From contig JBKHGE010000004.1 in NCBI GenBank assembly GCA_046539845.1, forward strand, positions 1 through 64,000: DNA of 64,000 nucleotides, given 5' to 3'. The notes beneath the pieces are model-generated. The model was not told where the DNA came from. It saw only the letters and a program-made list of their open reading frames with translations, and ran no database searches. Source of the stretch: Desulfonatronovibrionaceae bacterium (GTDB lineage Bacteria > Desulfobacterota > Desulfovibrionia > Desulfovibrionales > Desulfonatronovibrionaceae). This document shows, piece after piece, positions 8,408-16,244 of this stretch. Numbering within the stretch: position 1 is the first letter of the stretch; the number at the start of each line of letters is the position of its first letter. The position numbers and the translations under genes were made by a program.

Positions 8408-9451
8408 ATGCCTTTGATACGATTACTACAGAATGCCCTGTTTCCCATCCTCTGGCTTCCCGCTCAGTTCTATTCCCGCTTTATGCGCCTGCGCGCCCAC
8501 TGGTACCAGCAAAAAGAGAAAGTCCCGGCGCCCGAATTCTGCGTATCAGTGGGCAATATTGCCTGGGGCGGCAGGGGCAAGTCTCCTTTTTGCAGATTCC
8601 TGGCAGAGATGCTCATAGCCCGAAAACGGAAACCCCTGCTTTTGACCCGCGGATACAAGGCCCGTCCGCCGCTCTACCCGCATCGCGTCCGGCAGACAGA
8701 TAATCCCGTAATCTGCGGAGATGAGCCTTTGGAATTTCTGTCCTCCTTTCCCGAACTCGAGGTTGTGGTCGATCCGGATCGAGTACGGGCCATGAATTGG
8801 GTAAGGGCCAATCTGGAATTCGACTCCGTTATCCTGGACGACGGTTTCCAGCATCTTCGGATGCCCCGCGATCTGGACATTGTCCTTTTGTCCGGGTTCG
8901 ATCTGGGACCAGGCTGGAACCGGGTCATCCCCTCCGGGGAATGGCGGGAGGACAAAAACGCGCTCAAGAGAGCGGATGCAATGGCCATAAACGCGGACGG
9001 AAAAGACCTGAAAAGGTTGCGTGGACTGGCCCAAGAACGCCTGGGGGAATTTTACGGAGAGGTCATATTTTTCTGGACCGAACCCGCGGGACTTCGCCGG
9101 GTAAAAGACGGTGAACAGACAACCGATGGGGGCGGAGAATATCTGCTTGCGGCCGGAATCGGGGATCCGCAGAGATTTGTTTCCACTGCAGCCGCCTTTT
9201 TAGACGCTCCCCCCCGAAAGTCAATTCTCTTTCCGGATCATCATTGCTACACTGCAAAAGATTGGCAAAAAATCAAGAAAGCGGCCGCAGAGAATCAATG
9301 TCCGCGCATCCTGTGCACAAACAAGGACGCGGTCAAACTCTCGTCTCTGGCCGATGAAACCCTTTACGCCCTGGATATCCGCATCCGGATGGAAGATGAG
9401 GATCTAGCCGCAATTGACCGGATGCTGGGGCATGGTCTGCAAGACAAGTGA
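8408..9451 (+). CDS. lpxK: tetraacyldisaccharide 4'-kinase
   Basis: SVGNIAWGGRGKSP, LTRGYK, GDEP, ILDDGFQH, FPDHH, KDAVKL. Confidence 0.93.
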   Translation: MPLIRLLQNALFPILWLPAQFYSRFMRLRAHWYQQKEKVPAPEFCVSVGNIAWGGRGKSPFCRFLAEMLIARKRKPLLLTRGYKARPPLYPHRVRQTDNPVICGDEPLEFLSSFPELEVVVDPDRVRAMNWVRANLEFDSVILDDGFQHLRMPRDLDIVLLSGFDLGPGWNRVIPSGEWREDKNALKRADAMAINADGKDLKRLRGLAQERLGEFYGEVIFFWTEPAGLRRVKDGEQTTDGGGEYLLAAGIGDPQRFVSTAAAFLDAPPRKSILFPDHHCYTAKDWQKIKKAAAENQCPRILCTNKDAVKLSSLADETLYALDIRIRMEDEDLAAIDRMLGHGLQDK

Positions 9452-9774
9452 CCGAGAAGACAGGAATGCTGGACAAGTCTGCACTCATACCCGCTGTCAG
9501 CAAAAAACTGGAAAAACTCCCGGTCGGTCACTGCCTGGACTTAAGGACATACAAGCGCAATCGCTCCGTTTTAATCATTAAGACCGGACCGGACGAGTTC
9601 GAATTCCGGGAAGACGGATTTGAGAAGAAAAATTTTACGATCCGGGACCAGAAGATAAAGAGTACGCTCAAAAAGATGCTCAAACGCGAATTTCCGCGCA
9701 GCAACAAGATCCGGGTCTATGACCTGGGCGAATTTCATCCGGAGAAAGCCGACCGGGATCTAAAAACATTGTGA
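9448..9774 (+). CDS. hypothetical basic protein
   Basis: 108-aa ORF with GTGA overlaps to lpxK and to rnr. Confidence 0.75.
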   Translation: MTEKTGMLDKSALIPAVSKKLEKLPVGHCLDLRTYKRNRSVLIIKTGPDEFEFREDGFEKKNFTIRDQKIKSTLKKMLKREFPRSNKIRVYDLGEFHPEKADRDLKTL

Positions 9775-11891
9775 GAAAAGACATGCAATCAAAAAAGGTA
9801 AACAAAAACGATATCCTGAAACTGTTCAAGCAGAGCGGGAAACCACTTGACCCCAAGGATATATACTCCCAGCTGGCCACAGGCAAAAAATCCAGAAACA
9901 GGATCAAGAACCTCCTGGACCAGATGGTGCACGAGGGGCGGCTGATCCGCTCCGGCAAGGCCCTGTGCCTGGTGGACATGCTGCCCATGCTCAAGGGTAC
10001 CCTGGAAATCCAGAGGGCGGGAATGGGCTTTGTCATCCCTGAGGACAAACGCAGGCGGGATGTATTCATCCATCCCAGCAAGCTGGAGGACGCCAGACAC
10101 GGAGACACTGTATTGACCGCGATCATTCCCGGAAAAAGGGGAAAGAACCACGAAGGCCGTATAGTCCGCGTCTTGAAGCGGGCGGTGGACACGGTTACCG
10201 CCAAGACGGTCAAGCCTATCGGCAAAGAGGGTGTCCTGGTCCGGCCCACCGACCCCAGGCACCAGTTCTCGATGATAATTGAAAACGTCAACCGAAAACA
10301 AACCGAACCGGGGCTGGTAGTGGTGGCTAGACCGATGGAGCTGATCCAACCCGGGCTGTGGTCGGCCGAGATGGTCCGGGAAATCGGGGACGAAGAGAGC
10401 TTCGAGGTCCAGGAGAAATTGGTCAAATACAACCACGGGATACCGACCGACTTTCCCTCGGAAGTCATGGAAGAAGCGGTTCGTCTGCCCTCTGTCCCCA
10501 ATGATGCAGACATGGAGAAAAGACGGGACCTGACCACAGTAGGATTCGTGACCATTGACGGGGCCAAGGCCAGGGATTTTGACGACGCCATACATGTAAA
10601 AAAAACCAAAAATGGCTACAAGCTGATGGTGGCCATTGCTGACGTGGCCCACTATGTGCGGCCCGGATCCAATCTGGACTGCGAGGCCAGGGCCAGGGGC
10701 AACTCCTATTATTTCCCCATGTCCGTGGAGCCCATGTTTCCGGAGGAACTATCCAACGGCCTATGCAGCCTCAATCCGGACGAGCCCAGGCTGGCCATGG
10801 TCGCGGAGATGGACTTCGACCGCCGGGGCGAGGCCGGGGATTCCGCGTTCTATCCGGCGACAATCAAAAGCCACAAGCGGCTCACCTATTCCCAGGTCCA
10901 TTCCGCGGTGGAGAAACAGGAAAAAAAGACCCGGAAGGAACTGGCCCCGGTCATGGACATGCTGGACAAGGCCGCGGATCTGGCCCGGATCCTGGTGGAG
11001 AAAAGACGCCTAAGGGGCGGACTGGATTTTGACCTCCCGGAACCAGAAGTGGTTATAAGCCAGTATGCCGAGGACCTGGAGGTCCGGGAGAAAAAAAGAT
11101 TCTTTGCCCACCAGCTGATTGAAGAATTTATGATCGCAGCCAACGAGGCAGTGGCCTCTTTTCTGGAGAGAAACGAGGGCCTCTTTTTATACCGGGTCCA
11201 CCCGGAGCCGGACGAGGACAAGCTAGAGTCCCTGTTCACCCTACTCGGGAACACTTCGCTGGCAGACAAGCTGCCCGAAAAAGCGGATGTAAAAGGCCTA
11301 CAGAGCCTTTTGCAGGCCGCCGAGGACACCAATCTGGAATTTCTGGTAAACCGGCTGATGCTCAGATGCATGATGCAGGCCTTCTACTCCCCGGTTAACC
11401 AGGGACATTTCGGACTGGCTTCGGAATCCTACTGTCATTTCACCTCTCCAATTCGCAGATACGCGGATCTAGTTGTCCATCGGGCGCTAAAGGCATTTTT
11501 GTCCGCCAAAGAACCGGAGTACCACAAACTCCAAAAGTTAAAAGAAGTGGGTGAGGACCTGAGCAGTCTGGAACGCAAGGGAATGGAAGCGGAAAGGGAG
11601 ATCCTTAAGCGGGCCTCGATCATCGCCTTAAAGGACAGAGTGGGCGAGAGCTTTACCGGGGTCATCTGCTCCCTGGCCGACCATGGCTTTTGGGTGGAGC
11701 TGCAGGAGGTCATGGCCGAAGGCATGGTCCGTCTATCCAGTCTGAGTGATGACTATTACACCTTTTGGCCGGAAAAGCAGGAAATCCTGGGTCAGAGGAC
11801 CGGTCGGACCTTTTGTTTGGGCCAGGAAATCCGGGTCCAGCTGACCAGGACAGATCTGGACCGGCTACAGGTGGATCTGGAGGTAAAATAG
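9771..11891 (+). CDS. rnr: ribonuclease R
   Basis: TIDG..ARDFDDA, IADVAHYV, LIEEFMIAAN, HFTSPIRRYADL, C-terminal S1 domain. Confidence 0.96.
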   Translation: MRKDMQSKKVNKNDILKLFKQSGKPLDPKDIYSQLATGKKSRNRIKNLLDQMVHEGRLIRSGKALCLVDMLPMLKGTLEIQRAGMGFVIPEDKRRRDVFIHPSKLEDARHGDTVLTAIIPGKRGKNHEGRIVRVLKRAVDTVTAKTVKPIGKEGVLVRPTDPRHQFSMIIENVNRKQTEPGLVVVARPMELIQPGLWSAEMVREIGDEESFEVQEKLVKYNHGIPTDFPSEVMEEAVRLPSVPNDADMEKRRDLTTVGFVTIDGAKARDFDDAIHVKKTKNGYKLMVAIADVAHYVRPGSNLDCEARARGNSYYFPMSVEPMFPEELSNGLCSLNPDEPRLAMVAEMDFDRRGEAGDSAFYPATIKSHKRLTYSQVHSAVEKQEKKTRKELAPVMDMLDKAADLARILVEKRRLRGGLDFDLPEPEVVISQYAEDLEVREKKRFFAHQLIEEFMIAANEAVASFLERNEGLFLYRVHPEPDEDKLESLFTLLGNTSLADKLPEKADVKGLQSLLQAAEDTNLEFLVNRLMLRCMMQAFYSPVNQGHFGLASESYCHFTSPIRRYADLVVHRALKAFLSAKEPEYHKLQKLKEVGEDLSSLERKGMEAEREILKRASIIALKDRVGESFTGVICSLADHGFWVELQEVMAEGMVRLSSLSDDYYTFWPEKQEILGQRTGRTFCLGQEIRVQLTRTDLDRLQVDLEVK

Positions 11892-12063
11892 CCCGTTTTG
11901 AGCATACGGGGCTCGCAGCCCGCTTATAATCCCCGGGGGCAGCAACGCAGCAAAAGTTCACACCCTTGACCACGGATAACTGCTCTTTGACCTTAGACTT
12001 TTTTGCACCACCCTTGAAGACTTTCTCAGCAGGCTGGGGGGCAAAAAATCTTTCAACAGTCGG

Positions 12064-12441
12064 CTAGAGCATCTTCTTCAATAGGGCGGCGTACTCTTCG
12101 GGTATCTCGAACCTGCGGCCGGCAAAGAACTTTTCAGCCAGGGCGTTCACCCATTCTTTGGAGGCGGTCACTTCCCGAAAGGAGATAAAGCTCTTATCCC
12201 CTTCGTGCTCGACAGCGTATTGGCGTAGCTCGGCCCGGAGCGGCTCGCTCTCTCCGTTCAAAAGCACCTCGCACTCTACGCTTCTGTTCCGGGTATCGAC
12301 CTGCAGGGAATTGACCTGCCCAAAATCACGCAGATAGCGGCGCAAAAGATACTCTCCGCCTTTGGATATCCCGTAGTCCTTGAAGCGGGCAGCCTTTTCT
12401 GCAAAGTTATTCAACTGGGAAACAGGGGGTTTAAAGGCCAT
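12064..12441 (-). CDS. hypothetical protein
   Basis: 125-aa ORF with protein-like composition filling the gap; no recognised motif. Confidence 0.7.
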   Translation of the reverse strand: MAFKPPVSQLNNFAEKAARFKDYGISKGGEYLLRRYLRDFGQVNSLQVDTRNRSVECEVLLNGESEPLRAELRQYAVEHEGDKSFISFREVTASKEWVNALAEKFFAGRRFEIPEEYAALLKKML

Positions 12442-12640
12442 TCAATCTTCCCGGTGGTGGAGTTAAGCGGCAGTTGCGGTCAAAATACGCATTAATAAAA
12501 GGTTTTTAGATACTGCCTGGGATATTTACCCGCCCCTTTGGGTCAGATTATATTAGGCTTGCTTGCTTTCCCAGTCAATCAGTGCATATGGCTTAGGGTT
12601 TGTCCAAGAGCTGCAATTCAGCTTAATTTTGCCTTGACCC

Positions 12641-12667
12641 TAAATCTTTTCCTTGTTCTGCCGATTA
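12641..12667 (+). promoter_or_regulatory. sigma28 (FliA) promoter
   Basis: TAAA-N15-GCCGATTA versus consensus TAAA-N15-GCCGATAA, about 80 nt upstream of the flagellin-like gene. Confidence 0.8.
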
Positions 12668-12745
12668 ATTGATTAGGAGCGGATTATTTTCTACTCTTGG
12701 ACCAAGTTCGCATAAGCATCCTGAAAAAGAGGGTGGGGTAACCCC

Positions 12746-13576
12746 ATGAGCATTTCGCCTTATTATTCAACGTTTTTAAACAACTACTCCTCACAGCTCT
12801 TACAGAACGATCTGCTGACCAATTCGGTCTTTTTCGGATCCGGAGTGGGGATGAGCCTCCGGGACATGGTCCTGGCCCAAAGCCCGATAAAGCCTCTGAC
12901 CAATCCCTTTGAGCAGGCCATAACCGGCCGGTTGCGCTCGGATGCGGCCTCCACCCGGCAGTACGCAAACAATGTCGGGGAGGCGGCCAGTATGGTCGGT
13001 ATGGGCCGGGAGGCTGTCGGACAGATCCAAAGCGCCCTGAATGAGATGGAGGAGGTCATCGAGAAGATAAACGCCGGGGAGTTGGACGCCTCCAGCTCCA
13101 CTGTCCAGGAAAACTACAACGACCTGCGGAATAAAATACAGGGCCTGGTGGAGGACACCGACTACAATGGCATCTATATGCTGGACAAAAACAAATGGGG
13201 GACAGAGCAAATAAGCGCAGAGGGCAAGGTTTACATCCATGCCGACGACGACGGCGGTTTCAATGTGAATTTTTATCCCATGAACGAAGAAGACAGCGAC
13301 CTGAACTGGTCAGATCTGCAGGGCTCGGAACTGGAAACCGACCTCTCCGGGCAACAGGCTCTGGTAGACGAATTCCAGGGGCAGGTAAACACCATCTACG
13401 ATATGTATGAAAACAAGGAGGGTACGCTCAAATCCCAGGAGGCCAGCCTGAACAATCAGGCGGACATCCTGGACCAGGCAGTACGCTCCCGGATGACTAC
13501 TTCTTTGTCCGTGGAACAGATCCTTCTGGATCTCATCCTCGGAGACAGCGGAAGCATCATCAACGAAAGCACCTGA
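12746..13576 (+). CDS. atypical flagellin-like protein
   Basis: AITGRLRSDAASTRQYANNVGEAASMV...IQSALNEMEE...TDYNGIYML resembles flagellin ND1 helices and the T.FNG..LL motif; canonical terminal D0 segments not recognisable. Confidence 0.7.
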   Translation: MSISPYYSTFLNNYSSQLLQNDLLTNSVFFGSGVGMSLRDMVLAQSPIKPLTNPFEQAITGRLRSDAASTRQYANNVGEAASMVGMGREAVGQIQSALNEMEEVIEKINAGELDASSSTVQENYNDLRNKIQGLVEDTDYNGIYMLDKNKWGTEQISAEGKVYIHADDDGGFNVNFYPMNEEDSDLNWSDLQGSELETDLSGQQALVDEFQGQVNTIYDMYENKEGTLKSQEASLNNQADILDQAVRSRMTTSLSVEQILLDLILGDSGSIINEST

Positions 13577-13582
13577 TCCGTC

Positions 13583-14470
13583 TCAAGCCGCACTCGGGGC
13601 GTGCCGTCCTATCTGCCCCATCTCCTCCTTCAAAAACCCAGATAAGCGCCGCACCTGCTCCGGGCAGGAATCGTCTCCGGCGTGCAGGGCAATGCCCACG
13701 TTCGGCAGCTTGGGGAATCCTTCCTCCTCCCCGAGCATGCACATATCCGCGGACATGGTGTGCCGGCCGACCACGGTGACCGCAAGGCCGGCGGAAACAG
13801 CCGCCCGGATTCCGGACATGCTGCGGCTAGTGCAGACAATCCGCCAGGACTTTCCGGTTGCGGACAAGGCCTTTAAGGCCTGTTCCCGGAAAAAGCAGAA
13901 CCCGGGCGGGAACAGGGCCAGGGGAAGGGGCCTTTGCTCGTGCACGTGCCCGCCCCTGGCTGTGGCCCAGACCAGGGGCTCGGAGCAGACCACTTCTCCT
14001 CCCAGGCTGTTTTTCTGCTGGGTCAGAAGAGCCACGTCCAACTGGCCCTTTTCCAGCTTCACGTGCAGATCCACGCTCAGCTCGCAGCAAATCTCCAGCT
14101 GAACCCCGGGATACATCCGGCCGAACCTGCTCAAGACCCGGGGTAAAAAATATGAGGCATAGTCATCCGGCATGCCCAGACGGATCCTGCCCTCAACCCG
14201 CGGACGGCCCATTTTCTCCAGGGCGCTGTCGTGCAGCTCCAGGATGCGGCTGGCATAGTCCATCAAGGTCGCACCTGATTCGGTCAAAATCACTCTCTTG
14301 CTGTTGCGCTCAAAAAGCCTTTGGCCCAAAAGCTCTTCCAGGCGTCTCACCTGAGCGCTTACAGCGGACTGAGTCAAGCTCATCCGCAGGGCAGCACCTG
14401 TAAAATTGCGGCACTCGGCAACCGCCTTGAACGTACGCAACAGATCTATGTCCAAATCACGCATCTTCAT
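13583..14470 (-). CDS. LysR-family transcriptional regulator
   Basis: LDIDLLRTF...NFTGAA...TQSAVSAQVRRLEE HTH; GRIRLGMPDDYA. Confidence 0.95.
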   Translation of the reverse strand: MKMRDLDIDLLRTFKAVAECRNFTGAALRMSLTQSAVSAQVRRLEELLGQRLFERNSKRVILTESGATLMDYASRILELHDSALEKMGRPRVEGRIRLGMPDDYASYFLPRVLSRFGRMYPGVQLEICCELSVDLHVKLEKGQLDVALLTQQKNSLGGEVVCSEPLVWATARGGHVHEQRPLPLALFPPGFCFFREQALKALSATGKSWRIVCTSRSMSGIRAAVSAGLAVTVVGRHTMSADMCMLGEEEGFPKLPNVGIALHAGDDSCPEQVRRLSGFLKEEMGQIGRHAPSAA

Positions 14471-14479
14471 GACTGCATA

Positions 14480-14537
14480 TCATCCTTAGCATGAAAAAAA
14501 ATCATTGGTTTTTAACCGCGAGCTTCAGTTATATAAT
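14480..14537 (+). promoter_or_regulatory. putative LysR binding site and -10 box of divergent promoter
   Basis: TCAT-N7-ATGA palindrome at 14480-14494; TATAAT at 14532-14537 with a poor -35. Confidence 0.45.
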
Positions 14538-14671
14538 CCTTTGCACGGCTCTGGTGAACCGGGAAAAAATATATCCGGTCCTGGCTCCTGTCCAGAGGGA
14601 AAAAACGGTTTAAACCCAAAAGATTCTCGAACTCGGACAGATGGACAACCAAAAAGCAAAAAGGAGTTAGT

Positions 14672-15511
14672 ATGCGCAAAATTTTGAGTATCATGGCAAT
14701 CATGACCCTGTTTACCGCCCTGAGCCTGCCGGCCAGCGCGGCCAAGGGCGAGGTTGAACTGGCCTATGTGGAATGGGCGGAGACCGTAGCCAGCACCAAC
14801 GTGGTCAAAACCGTGTTGGAGGACATGGGCTATGATGTGGATATCATGTCGGTCAGCGCTGCGGCTATGTGGAAGGGAACAGCCGCGGGCGACGTGGACG
14901 GTTTCACCGGTGCCTGGCTTCCAGTAACCCACAGCGACTACAAAAAGCAGCTCGAGGGTCAACTGGACCTGCTGGGCAAGAACCTGACCGGCGCCCGCAT
15001 CGGCCTGGCCGTGCCTGAATACGTGGACGTGGATTCCATAGAGGACCTGCAGGAAAACGCGGACAAGTTCAACAATGAAATCGTGGGCATCGATCCGGGG
15101 GCCGGAATCATGCAGAAGACGGACAAGGCCATTGATGCCTATAACCTGGACGACTTTGAAATCATCGGCAGTAGCGGGGCCATGATGACCGCTACCTTAA
15201 AGACCCGGATCGAAAACAATGAGCCAGTGGTGGTCACCGCCTGGACCCCGCATTGGATGTTCAGCCGCTGGGACCTCAAGTACTTAAAGGATCCGAAAAA
15301 GGTTTACGGCGAGGCCGAATACATTGGGACCGTAGCCCGCAAAGGCCTTAAACAGGACAAGCCGGAGGTATACAACCTGCTTAAAAACTTCAATTGGAGC
15401 CTTGACGACTGCCAGCAGGTGATGCTGTGGGCCGAGGACTCTTCTCCCGAGGAGGCGGCCGCGCGCTGGGTGGAGGAAAACCAGGACAAGGTCGCCGCCT
15501 GGAAGGAATAG
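14672..15511 (+). CDS. glycine betaine/proline ABC substrate-binding protein (OpuAC/ProX family)
   Basis: Signal peptide (ASA-A), WAE, AWLPVTH, GIDPGAG, WTPHWMF, LKYLKDPK; AAGGAG RBS. Confidence 0.93.
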   Translation: MRKILSIMAIMTLFTALSLPASAAKGEVELAYVEWAETVASTNVVKTVLEDMGYDVDIMSVSAAAMWKGTAAGDVDGFTGAWLPVTHSDYKKQLEGQLDLLGKNLTGARIGLAVPEYVDVDSIEDLQENADKFNNEIVGIDPGAGIMQKTDKAIDAYNLDDFEIIGSSGAMMTATLKTRIENNEPVVVTAWTPHWMFSRWDLKYLKDPKKVYGEAEYIGTVARKGLKQDKPEVYNLLKNFNWSLDDCQQVMLWAEDSSPEEAAARWVEENQDKVAAWKE

Positions 15512-15569
15512 ATTTGTTTCCCAGGGGAAACGATTAGACCCGACCCTTGCGGAAACATTGAACCCCTTG

Positions 15570-15610
15570 GCCCGCCCGGGAGCGCACCACTCCCGGGCGG
15601 GCCTTTTTAT
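15570..15610 (+). terminator. rho-independent terminator
   Basis: GCCCGCCCGGGAG-loop-CTCCCGGGCGGGC followed by TTTTTATT. Confidence 0.9.
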
Positions 15611-16023
15611 TGCCAATAAATTTACGGGAATATGCAAAAGCATCTGGAACTTTTATACCCTAGGGGATTTAAAAACCCACTGACTTTCAGCTATTAAATT
15701 CACGAATGGCTGCTTTTTAAAAATCCAGATTGAGAGCCCCCTATATTTCCCTGGCTTACGATTTTAAACTCAAAATATGAGTGAACCAGGTCTGGCCCCG
15801 GGTACAATTAGATTAGACACCAATCTAGGAGTATGGCATACTGCCACAAATGTTTTCCATTTAGTAGACATTGGTGTCCAAATATCTATTGGCTGGCACA
15901 TCGGCGTGGGGGGCAATACAAGGCCAATCAGTGGCGGGTAAAAAAATGCCTCCGGTTAGTACTGCACCGAAGGCTATATAAAAAGGCTTTTTGCGTGTGC
16001 AAAAGGCCGCCTTTGTATCCTTT

Positions 16024-16099
16024 TGGCGTCCCCAGGGGGATTTGAACCCCCGTTACCGGCGTGAGAGGCCGGCGTCCTGGGCCACTAGACGATGGGGAC
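16024..16099 (-). tRNA. tRNA-Glu(CTC)
   Basis: GTCCCCATCGTCTAGTGGCCCAGGACGCCGGCCT-CTC-ACGCCGGTAACGGGGGTTCAAATCCCCCTGGGGACGCCA; cloverleaf with encoded CCA. Confidence 0.97.
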
Positions 16100-16104
16100 G
16101 CATA

Positions 16105-16180
16105 TGGTGGGCCGTGCAGGGGTCGAACCTGCGACTCTCTGCTTAAAAGGCAGATACTCTACCAGCTGAGTTAACGGCCC
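16105..16180 (-). tRNA. tRNA-Lys(TTT)
   Basis: GGGCCGTTAACTCAGCTGGTAGAGTATCTGCCT-TTT-AAGCAGAGAGTCGCAGGTTCGACCCCTGCACGGCCCACCA. Confidence 0.97.
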
Positions 16181-16195
16181 GTGGCGAAGTGAATT

Positions 16196-16224
16196 TTTCT
16201 ATTTGCTGACCTGGGCCTTGTCAA
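16196..16224 (-). promoter_or_regulatory. putative sigma70 promoter of the tRNA pair
   Basis: TTGACA-N17-TAGAAA, 15 nt upstream of tRNA-Lys. Confidence 0.55.
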
Positions 16225-16244
16225 GGATTTTCTCCGGCCAAAGT

